Part shown: piece by piece, positions 7,901 to 17,000 of the stretch
Layout: each line of letters begins with the position of its first letter
Numbering within the stretch: position 1 is the first letter of the stretch
IMG/VR virus record: IMGVR_UViG_3300009128_000002
Direction: 5' to 3' (one strand)
DNA length: 64,000 nt
Origin: a virus
The notes under the pieces: generated by a model
What the model saw: the letters and a program-made list of their open reading frames with translations, nothing else
Databases searched by the model: none
Told to the model about the DNA's origin: nothing
Program-made: the position numbers and the translations under genes

Positions 7901-8463
7901 TCAGCACCACGTTTTCTATGTCCTTTCCAAGTAACAAAACCACCCAGTCTTAAAGCGTAGTATGCTAAGTAATTAATCATCTTAAAACCGTTTACAGAAA
8001 TATTAATATCTCTAAATGTTTCATCCATTTCTTTTTGTGTCTTTATACCGTTACATTGACCTTTACCTTTCTTCAATAACGTTTGGTATTTGTAACCGTA
8101 GTCGTGTACAAGACCACCAATTAATAATACGCCCATTGGACTTAACCAACTTCTAAAAAACTTAGGAACAGAAGCACCGTCAAATACAAAACCTTTAGGA
8201 ATAACATAATGCTCTCCGTCAATAGAGTATTGAAAGTCTTTAGTGATTTCCCAAGTACGAGTAACCATAATCCAAGTCCAGACGCCACCCCAAAAACCTT
8301 TACCCTTAGTAGGAATGCCAATAGGTTTCATTTCAGGCATACCGTTCGTTTTGAAATCAATCGCAACTGAATCGTCTTTATCGAAATAGTTGAATACTGC
8401 ACCAACTAAAATTAAAAAAGCAACTAACGTAAATTGCCAATAAGTTATTAAAATATCCATCAT
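7879..8463 (-). CDS. DUF1353-like protein with N-terminal TM
   Basis: IPKGFVFDGASVP, VHDYGY, D..F and Y.ALRLGG motifs. Confidence 0.8.
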   Translation of the reverse strand: MMDILITYWQFTLVAFLILVGAVFNYFDKDDSVAIDFKTNGMPEMKPIGIPTKGKGFWGGVWTWIMVTRTWEITKDFQYSIDGEHYVIPKGFVFDGASVPKFFRSWLSPMGVLLIGGLVHDYGYKYQTLLKKGKGQCNGIKTQKEMDETFRDINISVNGFKMINYLAYYALRLGGFVTWKGHRKRGADWKGSVK

Positions 8464-8496
8464 AATGATTTCCTCTGTTTAAGACACTTTGATTCT

Positions 8497-8646
8497 TTAA
8501 TGCATCATTTCCATATTACTCATACAAGTACCGTCGGGCATTGAATGATATCCTTCTTCACATTTATTTTCGTCTATTAACAATATTAATGCCGCTAAGG
8601 CAAATAATACTGACACCATAATTGTTATTGCTTTCATCGTTTTCAT
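8497..8646 (-). CDS. small membrane protein with C..GYHxMPDGxxM motif (49 aa, not in ORF track)
   Basis: AAGGAG SD; MKTMKAITIMVSVLFALAALILLIDENKCEEGYHSMPDGTCMSNMEMMH. Confidence 0.65.
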   Translation of the reverse strand: MKTMKAITIMVSVLFALAALILLIDENKCEEGYHSMPDGTCMSNMEMMH

Positions 8647-8679
8647 CGTTTAACTGCTCCTTATCGTTTAACTGCTCCT
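8645..8679. repeat. tandem 17-bp direct repeat
   Basis: ATCGTTTAACTGCTCCT at 8645-8661 and 8663-8679. Confidence 0.9.
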
Positions 8680-9095
8680 GTACCAAAGTAAAACCCTAGT
8701 ACATTTAAAATTGCGTATGGAAGCCATTCTGGAGTTACTACTCCAATCAATTCTTTCCATACTGGTTCTGTCCAAGTGAAATCCAAGAACCATAATTTGA
8801 ATCCGTGAACTTCTTCTGTTAATACATTTGTTGGTTGTTGAAACAAGATAGGTGCGATTAGAATGAATATTGCCATACCCATTAAGGACATAACAATAAA
8901 TTTTCTTGCCCAATTGGCAGAAGGCGTGTTCATCTTCCTTGCCGACTTGCGAGACTTTTCTTCACCTTTAAGAAGTTTCAATGTCATTAGATTACGTGCT
9001 TGTTCATCAGCACGAGCATCTGCTTTCATCTTCATAAATCCACCAAGTAAGGTGGATGCTAACATTGATATAACTTCTAATGGTATTCCAAACAT
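8661..9095 (-). CDS. putative holin (3-TM, GTA-holin-like)
   Basis: three hydrophobic segments, C-terminal VLGFYFG; first gene after a late promoter. Confidence 0.6.
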   Translation of the reverse strand: MFGIPLEVISMLASTLLGGFMKMKADARADEQARNLMTLKLLKGEEKSRKSARKMNTPSANWARKFIVMSLMGMAIFILIAPILFQQPTNVLTEEVHGFKLWFLDFTWTEPVWKELIGVVTPEWLPYAILNVLGFYFGTGAVKR

Positions 9096-9114
9096 AATGT
9101 ATTCTCCTTAGATA

Positions 9115-9122
9115 TATTTATA
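9115..9122 (-). promoter_or_regulatory. T4-type late promoter
   Basis: TATAAATA on the minus strand, 20 nt upstream of the holin-like ATG. Confidence 0.75.
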
Positions 9123-9128
9123 ACAAGC

Positions 9129-9157
9129 TTGACTTCAATCAAATAGTAGTGTATAAT
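9129..9157 (+). promoter_or_regulatory. sigma70-type early promoter
   Basis: TTGACT-N17-TATAAT. Confidence 0.8.
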
Positions 9158-9189
9158 AGACGTATATTAACAATAAAGGAGTAATCATT

Positions 9190-9465
9190 ATGATGCCATC
9201 TAACCCAGCAGATTTAAAGAAAATTGACGTAGCTCTACAACAGATTTCAGATTCTAAAACTAGAATTGAAGCAGAACAAGAACATATTAAGGAAGTTATA
9301 ACTAAAGTACACGAAGACTTTGATTTGAACAAAAAACTAATTAGACAATTAGCAAAGGTATGGCATATGAGAAATTATGCCGAAGAGGTAACACAACAAG
9401 AAGACTTCCAAGAAGCCTATGAAGCATTAACCTCTGTCAACAATAAGTTAGATGTTATTAACTAA
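9190..9465 (+). CDS. dsbA: T4 DsbA-like double-stranded DNA-binding protein
   Basis: SNPAD.KKI..AL..IS.S.TRIEAE...IKE...K..IR.LAK..H pattern; near gp33/gp59/gp32 as in T4. Confidence 0.8.
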   Translation: MMPSNPADLKKIDVALQQISDSKTRIEAEQEHIKEVITKVHEDFDLNKKLIRQLAKVWHMRNYAEEVTQQEDFQEAYEALTSVNNKLDVIN

Positions 9466-10327
9466 TTGTGAAATGCATTAACATTTCAGAACCAGTATCA
9501 GATAAAGGATTTACAACAGTTGCATAACGGTTGATGATGCCTACTCTTTGTTGGAAAGACTCAACGTGGTTAGATGTTAAGATTTCAGTTTGGTAGTCAC
9601 CCATTACGATAGATGATGCACCAATTGTTTTCTTGTTATTTTCGATAAGACCAACATAAGCAACTGTAGCAGTAGCGTCTGGATTAACGAAGTATTTTGT
9701 TTTACCAATTTTAGAAACAGCAAGACGTTTTTCGTTTTCTTCTTCAGCACCACCTACGTATGTGTTTAGGGCAGTAACAGAAGCAGCCGCTTTATAAGGT
9801 AGAATAACAAATGCGTCAAATGTACGGTAGTTATCTGTGTTCATTTTAAGAACTAATTCTTGAACACGTTGAGTAATTTCAAATAAAGTTGATTCTGCAT
9901 TACCAGCATCTGATAAAGTTAATGTTGGTGTTGAAAGTGAATTAGCATTAAGGAATGTAATTAATGCATCATTTTCTTCTTTATCAACGATACCTTTTAA
10001 CATTGCACCTGCAATATCATAACCATCTTCGCCGTATTGGTTTTTAAGGTCTTGGACTGCTTCAATAGAAAGACCAGTTGATAATGGAGTTGCAGAATTA
10101 GAATTTACTGTTAAGGTTGCTTCTACTGTTTCGTAAGAACCAGTCGCACCATTTCTACGTAAGTTGATTACAGTACCAGTTGACATTTTCATAGGAACAA
10201 CGGCTGCGATGTTTCTTAAAATTGAAGTTGTAGGTAATTCATGGAAGGCATCAATCACTTTGTTAAAACTGAAATCTACTGTACTGATATCAGAATGGGT
10301 TGTTTTCTCATTAATTACTTGTGACAT
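9458..10327 (-). CDS. gp23/gp24-family capsid protein paralogue (vertex-like)
   Basis: VVPMKMSTGTVINLR and SIEAVQDLKNQYG resemble gp23 motifs (PM.GPTG.IFAMR; SIELAQDL.A.HG); C-terminal RY....NP. Confidence 0.7.
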   Translation of the reverse strand: MSQVINEKTTHSDISTVDFSFNKVIDAFHELPTTSILRNIAAVVPMKMSTGTVINLRRNGATGSYETVEATLTVNSNSATPLSTGLSIEAVQDLKNQYGEDGYDIAGAMLKGIVDKEENDALITFLNANSLSTPTLTLSDAGNAESTLFEITQRVQELVLKMNTDNYRTFDAFVILPYKAAASVTALNTYVGGAEEENEKRLAVSKIGKTKYFVNPDATATVAYVGLIENNKKTIGASSIVMGDYQTEILTSNHVESFQQRVGIINRYATVVNPLSDTGSEMLMHFTIS

Positions 10328-10368
10328 GGTGTTATTTCCTTAAAAATTACTAATATTGATATTATTAA

Positions 10369-10376
10369 TATTTATA
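10369..10376 (-). promoter_or_regulatory. T4-type late promoter
   Basis: TATAAATA on the minus strand upstream of the capsid paralogue. Confidence 0.75.
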
Positions 10377-10386
10377 ACAAAAATAC

Positions 10387-10415
10387 TTGACTTAACCATA
10401 ATAGTAGTGTATAAT
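10387..10415 (+). promoter_or_regulatory. sigma70-type early promoter
   Basis: TTGACT-N17-TATAAT; shares ATAGTAGTGTATAATA with the 9129 promoter. Confidence 0.8.
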
Positions 10416-10432
10416 ACGTAGTATATCAAATA

Positions 10433-10669
10433 ATGAAAGGAGTGATTAATATGCCACTAATTAGAAATAAAAAAGAACGTGATGAATATTTAAGAACACA
10501 GAATAGGTTTTATATTGCAGGTTGGTTTGCTTCTGAACTATCAGAACCACCACAGGCATTTACAGGTAGTAATAAAGTGTTCCAAAAATACTATGATGAT
10601 TACTTACGTGGATATGGTGATGAACTTGCAAATGCAGAGTCGTTAGGTGCATCTTCATGTGGTTGTTAA
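10433..10669 (+). CDS. hypothetical protein
   Basis: ORF after a promoter; AAGGAG before the ATG at 10451 suggests that is the real start. Confidence 0.7.
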   Translation: MKGVINMPLIRNKKERDEYLRTQNRFYIAGWFASELSEPPQAFTGSNKVFQKYYDDYLRGYGDELANAESLGASSCGC

Positions 10670-10682
10670 ATTGAATTATTAC

Positions 10683-10711
10683 TCGACATTTCATATATCT
10701 TATGGTATGAT
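10683..10711 (+). promoter_or_regulatory. sigma70-type promoter
   Basis: TCGACA-N17-TATGAT with extended -10 TG. Confidence 0.5.
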
Positions 10712-10717
10712 CTAATT

Positions 10718-11335
10718 ATGGAAAATAGAATTGAAAGTGTTAAGAATAAGGTAGTTGATGTAGAACTTCACGTTGAAGATTTTGCAACCATCGTTCAAGA
10801 AGAATTCGATGATTTAGGTGTAGAAGTTACAGTTAATGAAGTTGAAGATTTCCCCGAAAATATGATGTCGGTTAATGGTTATTTCAATGCATATGAATAT
10901 GACTTGAAGGAAAATATTGAACTTGCTTTAATCGTTGCAGATGAGGACGGTACTATTAATATAAATACTGATAGTTGGAATTTCTTACAACATCAAATGC
11001 GACAAACGTTAGAACACGAAATGATTCATAGAGAGCAAGTTACAGAACGTGATGGTTTGGTTGTTATGCCTGTGTATGACGATAATATGGGTAAGGAAGA
11101 AAAACGTATTGTTTATTTAAGTGACCCTGATGAGATTGGTGCATATGCAAACGATATTGTATTAGATTTATTACGTACATACACTAACTTTGGCGCTGGT
11201 CAAATATTACAAACTGCAGAATTAGTTACTAAGAATGAATCACCAATACTTTATGAATATGTTGAATTATTTGGTAGTGATAGTGATATAGTTAAGGAGA
11301 TTACTTCACTTGCAATGAAAAGAATTAGTAATTAA
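10718..11335 (+). CDS. HExxH putative zinc metallopeptidase-like protein
   Basis: TLEHEMIHREQ plus downstream YL.DPDEI.AYA. Confidence 0.7.
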   Translation: MENRIESVKNKVVDVELHVEDFATIVQEEFDDLGVEVTVNEVEDFPENMMSVNGYFNAYEYDLKENIELALIVADEDGTININTDSWNFLQHQMRQTLEHEMIHREQVTERDGLVVMPVYDDNMGKEEKRIVYLSDPDEIGAYANDIVLDLLRTYTNFGAGQILQTAELVTKNESPILYEYVELFGSDSDIVKEITSLAMKRISN

Positions 11336-11354
11336 ATTTTGAGGGGGTTATATA

Positions 11355-11585
11355 ATGAGTAAATTGAGCAAACAACAAGAATTCCAAATTCTTGTTGAGT
11401 CAAAAGTCAAAGATGGTTTATCTACATATATGGATGTTATTACAGACTACATGGTAGAAAACGACCTAGAAGCAAAACAAATTTCTAAACTTATTTCACC
11501 AATATTAGAAGAAAAGATAAGAATAGAAGCAGTAAATAACCGTTTAATTAATGATGAAGAAATAGGGAGTGCATTACCTTTGTGA
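11355..11585 (+). CDS. gp33: late promoter transcription co-activator gp33
   Basis: F...VE.......TYMD.I..Y..EN.LE.....KLIS..L.EKI..EA; lies upstream of gp59. Confidence 0.88.
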   Translation: MSKLSKQQEFQILVESKVKDGLSTYMDVITDYMVENDLEAKQISKLISPILEEKIRIEAVNNRLINDEEIGSALPL

Positions 11586-12187
11586 CTGGATTAGATGCAT
11601 ATAGGTTATATGTTTCTATAAAACAACATTTTAATATTGAAAATGATTATAATTTTGTTAAGTATAACGGCAAATTGAAATCATTGAATATAGATACATA
11701 TAATAAACGTAAAGATAAATATTACTTTGAAGCATTAGGTTCAAAGAAGGGTAAACATTTATTACAATTTTTAGTTGCTAATTTTGTTGTCGGAGATGGT
11801 CGATATATTGCCGAAATGTATAACCAAGAATCTGAAAAAGTTTACTTTGGTTGGATGAAAGTAATTGAGTCTTTGACGTATTTGTTTGAACAAGATATTA
11901 AACAAATCAAAGAGTTTTTAGAAGAAAGAAATTTGAAGTTTGATGAACTATTCAAAGTAAATGATGGAGGTCACCCAATCATTTTTAGATTCGTTGAACA
12001 GAAAATGATTAAAGTTGAAACGTATATCATAATGGATAAAGTTTTGAACTTTAGCAAAAAGTTTAAGATAGAAATTGAGGACGAGTATATCTATCCTGAA
12101 GCACAACACAAGTTTGATAGATATGCAGAATTTATGAACTTTGATACCAAGAAATATGGGTCAATAATGAAAGGAGTTTTTGCCTAA
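11582..12187 (+). CDS. gp59: helicase loader gp59
   Basis: Y..Y...K.HF...Y.F.KYNGK, KRKDKYYF, GHP.I; synteny. Confidence 0.9.
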   Translation: MTGLDAYRLYVSIKQHFNIENDYNFVKYNGKLKSLNIDTYNKRKDKYYFEALGSKKGKHLLQFLVANFVVGDGRYIAEMYNQESEKVYFGWMKVIESLTYLFEQDIKQIKEFLEERNLKFDELFKVNDGGHPIIFRFVEQKMIKVETYIIMDKVLNFSKKFKIEIEDEYIYPEAQHKFDRYAEFMNFDTKKYGSIMKGVFA

Positions 12188-12405
12188 TGCAAATGCACGA
12201 TAAATTGAATTCAAATATTAATTTGAATAGTATGACTTTGAAAGAAGTTGATATGATTGATGATAATACATTAAAAGTTACTTATATGTTAAACACAGTT
12301 AAGATGTCAAACAAATTAGAATATAATTTATCATCAAATGCAAGATTAGATTATAATTCTATTGTAGAAATGCTTGGTGGACAACCAACTTTTTTAACAG
12401 AATAA
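12187..12405 (+). CDS. hypothetical protein
   Basis: 72-aa ORF coupled to gp59 by a TAATG overlap. Confidence 0.6.
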   Translation: MQMHDKLNSNINLNSMTLKEVDMIDDNTLKVTYMLNTVKMSNKLEYNLSSNARLDYNSIVEMLGGQPTFLTE

Positions 12406-12406
12406 C

Positions 12407-12435
12407 TTGACAAATGAATAGGGGTATGTTATAAT
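12407..12435 (+). promoter_or_regulatory. consensus sigma70 promoter
   Basis: TTGACA-N17-TATAAT with extended -10 TG. Confidence 0.85.
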
Positions 12436-12607
12436 GGAAGGTAATAAACATAGTAAACAAGAGTGCGAAGTCAAGTGCGACGCACTCAAAACAATTTTAA
12501 CTCAAATTCAACAAGAATCTGGTCTAGAACAAAACTATCAAATCAGACACCTTGCCGAATCTGGGTTGGATTTGATTAGAGAATTGAAAAATGAATTTTC
12601 TAGTTAG
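12434..12607 (+). CDS. small hypothetical protein (57 aa, not in ORF track)
   Basis: MEGNKHSKQECEVKCDALKTILTQIQQ...; fills the gap; AGGGG upstream. Confidence 0.5.
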   Translation: MEGNKHSKQECEVKCDALKTILTQIQQESGLEQNYQIRHLAESGLDLIRELKNEFSS

Positions 12608-12610
12608 AAA

Positions 12611-12628
12611 ACTGTTATAAATAACAGT
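12611..12628 (+). promoter_or_regulatory. late promoter inside an inverted repeat
   Basis: ACTGTTAT-AA-ATAACAGT containing TATAAATA (12616-12623). Confidence 0.65.
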
Positions 12629-12673
12629 GTAGTATAAAAGGTAGTATGATATTTTAATATAGGAGAGTATATA

Positions 12674-12919
12674 ATGAGTGAAGAAGTGAGTATTCAAAAC
12701 ACAGTTAAGATTGACGGTAAAGATTATGAGGTAGATGCACTACCTGATGTTGCAAAGATTGCTATTGATCATTTGGTTGCAATTGACAAAGAAGTACAAC
12801 GTCTAGAAATGGCACGTGCTGGATTTGCACAAGCAGTTAAATCGGTAATGGAAGGTGATGAAGCACCTTCACCAGTATCTGAAGATAAAGAAACTGAGTT
12901 TGTTCCAGAAGAAGTATAA
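12674..12919 (+). CDS. hypothetical protein (DUF6447-like)
   Basis: AGGAG SD; TVKIDGKDY..D.L.D.AK.....L...D......L..AR pattern. Confidence 0.7.
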   Translation: MSEEVSIQNTVKIDGKDYEVDALPDVAKIAIDHLVAIDKEVQRLEMARAGFAQAVKSVMEGDEAPSPVSEDKETEFVPEEV

Positions 12920-12926
12920 AACAAAT

Positions 12927-12963
12927 TAGAGGGTTGTGTGATACCTCTATAAAAACATCACGT
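12927..12963 (+). promoter_or_regulatory. gene 32 leader H-type pseudoknot (translational autoregulation)
   Basis: P1 TAGAGG/CCTCTA; P2 GTGAT/ATCAC; followed by an A/U-rich tract up to the SD. Confidence 0.65.
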
Positions 12964-13012
12964 AAAACGTTAAACAGGTAATTATACCTTAAATCAATAT
13001 AGGAGAAGTATT

Positions 13013-13933
13013 ATGGGGTTTTCAGCTCTAAAGAAAAGAAGTAAGTCAAAAAAGAACGTATCTGAAATGATGGATAAATTGAACAAGGCAAGTGGCGCCA
13101 GTTCTAATTCATATGAAGATGACAGATACTGGAAATTGGAAAGAGATAAGACTGGCAATGGTTATGCAATCATTCGTTTCTTAGACGCACCAGATGGTGA
13201 AGATTTTCCATTCGTTAAAATGTATTCACATGGTTTCAAAGGACAAGGTGGTTGGTACATTGAAAATTCATTAACAACAATTGGTAAATCAGATCCTGTA
13301 TCTGAAGCAAATTCAGAACTATGGAACAGTGGAATTGATTCAAATAAAGATATTGCAAGACAACGTAAACGTCGTTTACAGTTTATTTCTAATATCTATG
13401 TTGTTAAAGATTCAAATAATCCAGCAAATGAGGGTAAGACATTTTTATTCAAATATGGTAAATCTATTTTTGATATGATTCAGGCCGCAGGTGCTCCTGA
13501 ATTTGATGATGAAACACCAGTAAACGTTTTTGATTTATTTAATGGTGCAGACTTTAAACTAAAGGCACGTAAGGCAGATGGTTTCATTAAATATGATAAA
13601 TCTGGTTTTGAAGAACCATCTCAGTGGTTGAAAGATGAAGGTGAAATGGAAGAATTATATAATGGTTTATATTCATTGAACGCTGAAGTTGGTGAAGATA
13701 AGTTTAAAACTTATGATGAATTGAAAACTAAATTCTTACGTGTAACAGGTGGTAGTGCAGAAGCATCTACAATGACTGCAGAATCAATTTCTGCACCAGA
13801 AACACCAGTTGCAGATGTTAGTAACCAAACGGATGAAATTCCTTGGGATACAAACGACACTGTAAGTACCTCTACTGCCGATGCAGATGAAGATGACACT
13901 ATGAGTTATTTTGCTAAGTTGGCAGATGGTTAA
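13013..13933 (+). CDS. gp32: single-stranded DNA-binding protein gp32
   Basis: D.RYWK..DK.GNGYAIIRFL, HGFKG.GGWYIENSLTT, FKTYDEL, acidic tail ending YF.KLA. Confidence 0.97.
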   Translation: MGFSALKKRSKSKKNVSEMMDKLNKASGASSNSYEDDRYWKLERDKTGNGYAIIRFLDAPDGEDFPFVKMYSHGFKGQGGWYIENSLTTIGKSDPVSEANSELWNSGIDSNKDIARQRKRRLQFISNIYVVKDSNNPANEGKTFLFKYGKSIFDMIQAAGAPEFDDETPVNVFDLFNGADFKLKARKADGFIKYDKSGFEEPSQWLKDEGEMEELYNGLYSLNAEVGEDKFKTYDELKTKFLRVTGGSAEASTMTAESISAPETPVADVSNQTDEIPWDTNDTVSTSTADADEDDTMSYFAKLADG

Positions 13934-13950
13934 TTAAAAATTAACTTATG

Positions 13951-14008
13951 AAAAGGGAGTCTTTACGACTCCCTTTTTAAAAAGGGAGTCTTTACGACTC
14001 CCTTTTTT
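13951..14008. terminator. tandemly duplicated bidirectional rho-independent terminator
   Basis: AAAAGGGAGTC-TTTAC-GACTCCCTTTTT occurs twice between convergent gp32 and the tape-measure-like gene. Confidence 0.92.
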
Positions 14009-17000
14009 TATCCTCTTGAAGAAACTGAATATTCTAATGAACTACCCACACCATTCGGTAACGAAGGGGAGTGGGCAGTTGACTGTGCGTATATATTATT
14101 AGATGAGGTGTTGTTATTTGTAGTGGTATTATCAATAACAACAGGAGCACTATTTTGTACATTACCACCAAATTGTTCATTAGGTTGTAAGTTAGTTATT
14201 GGTACATAACCATCCATTATAGATTTACTCTGTTGACCAGTCCAACCCATTGCATCAGTTCCCATTTGCAGACCTAACGGTAATAGACCCCATCCAGGCA
14301 CAGCAGAACCAGCAGATAAAGCGGCACCTAAATAGTCATCGTTGTTAATACGGTTTGTCATATCCCAGCCAGCCAAACCTGCACCAAGGCCAGGTAACGC
14401 TCTAGAACCAAATTTAGATATGTTTCTAAATCCAGCAGTTGGTCCAGTTCCTAATGTACCAGATGTACTGAATGCACTTAATGGCCTTAGTGTACTTAAA
14501 CCATTCGCACCAGTTCTAAATGCCTGATTACTACGAGTTAATTGACTAGTTTCATTCACCCAATGTTTTGCCAATGACCACTTTTCTTCGCCAGGAATGT
14601 ATCCCTTATTAAACCATTTACTTCCTTGCATAGCATTGTTACCAATAATAGCAGATTGTGTTGCAACTAATGAAGAATATACAGGTTTATAATCTTCACC
14701 CACTACTGGTGGTGGTGGTGGTGGCTCGCCACGTTTTCTGGCTTCTTCAACATCTTTCATCCATTTTTTGTTGTTTCTACTACCTCTAGCGGCACCTGCT
14801 TTCTCGCCTGGTGATAAAGGTTTGCTCTTTCCTTTACCCCAACCTTTACCATCAATATCATTTTCGTCATATCCGTGATCACCACCACTACCAGTAACTG
14901 CGTTATATATTTTCTCCAACCAAGATTCCGTATGTATGTCATGTACATATGCAGAGCCAGGCTCTGACATCATTTTGTTTACATGGTCTTGCAAGTCTTT
15001 ATCAGCAGTAACACCATCAATCCCCTTAATCAACTTCATTTGTTCATCATCATCAACCGATTTAGAATCTAAAAATGCCTTTTGCTCATCATAAAATTTA
15101 TGCTTTTGAAGTGTATAAGCATCTGACCCTCGTTCTAAACCAGATAAAGACTTATGTTGTCTTGACCTCATTGCTTTATATTCTTTTAACTCATCACCAG
15201 TCAGGATTGCCTCACTTGACCACCATTTCAGACCATTTAAATCATCATGAGCTTTACCAACACCCGAATAACTGTTATTCATACTAGCTTTAGACAAACC
15301 AGAAACTTTTACCTCATCACTAAACTTAGCGGCAGTACCTTTCTTTCCAAATTTTATGTTTTCAAAACCAAACCAACCCCCATCAGAATACGTAATAGAT
15401 TTGCCTTCTAGTTTTGCATTAAGTATATCTTTAAGTAGTTTCTCATCACCATCACTCCAAGTATATTGAGCAATTAACGCTTCAATAGTTTGTGCTGGAA
15501 GTTTTGCAAGTCCTTCTAAATCTTCAATATCAGAAATACCAGAACCAACATCAACTACACCATGAACATTCTCGGCCGCATTTCCTAATTTAGTTGCCCT
15601 TTTCCAATCAATACCTGTTTTAAATTTAGTAGCACCAGTTTTATATCCAGCCTTACCACCATCTTGAGTAAAAAAAGACATCGACGTAGTCCATTTATCT
15701 GCATTACCAAAGGCGTCTGATTGGCTCATTGTATATTTGTCAATCCAACTTGTACCATCTTCTTGGAAATCTGGTGTTATTAGATCAACAACACCTAACA
15801 CACCTTTAACTAAATCATGTCCAGTGTTTATAACTGATTCTGTAACACCTTGTCCTTGTTGCATTTTATCGCCAATTTCAATTGGTGCAAGAATTTTAAG
15901 TCCTGTTTTAGCAACTGTTTTTGAACCTTTAATGACTTTACTCATTGTATTAGCAGTTTTATTAGCAGTTTTTGAATTTACTGGATCAGTTGTAGGTACA
16001 CCATTTGCCGTTGGTTTATTTGGTTTCCAAGAAGATTTCCATTCATTAAGTTTATTTTTACTAAATTTATATGCAGGAATAGAGGCGGCGGCAGTAGCAA
16101 CAGCACCAAGATTACCTTTTAAAAAGTTACCAATAGAGGCAAGAAAACCACCACCACTACCACCACCTTTGCCAAGTAATGCACCTAGTCCACCTTTTTT
16201 ACCACCAGCAAACATAGCATCATTTTTAGCTTCAAGCATATCTTTACGTGCTTGTATATCACGTGCATCCTTCTTTTCCATCAAATCTAAAATAGACGCA
16301 TTAGATAAAACTATTTGTTTTATACTATCACAACAATCAGTACCAGTTGGATTTAAAAGAGCACCAGAACCACCTTCCATAGATAATTGAGCCTGTTCAA
16401 TAAATTTACCTGTTTCTGTATTATATAAACCAGGCGTTTTACCAGACCGTCCTTCTTTTTTGTGATCAAACATTTTATATTTACCAGATGCCAGACCGGC
16501 TTCACCATCTTCTGAAAATTTCCACCCACGTCCACCACCGGCACTGACGCCCATCATAGAAACATTTTTTAAAAAATCAGGTAATGTATGCATATTGGGC
16601 ATGATCATGAGAGGATTACCATTTTCATCTCTCCTAGCCGCAGTTCTTATTACCTCGTCTCGAAGACGATTTTTATTAGTATCGTGTCTTTGTTGATCAA
16701 AACCAGAAACATTTGCCCCCTTTACATACTTATACCCTAGAGGTGACTTTGACTTACTACCATTGCCGGCAGGAATACCTCGACGTTTTACAAACTTTGC
16801 AACAACCTCCGCATCTTTCTTTGAAATTGGTTCAGATTGTGTTTCATTGTATTTGTCCAATGTAACACCATGACGTATTTTTTGAGCATATTTGATCATT
16901 TTTAATGTGTCTTTAGCGTCACCATTCCCCTCACCACTCAACTTCTCTAAATCGGATATAGTCCAGGCCTTACCTTTTAACCCTTTTGCCTCGATAAATT

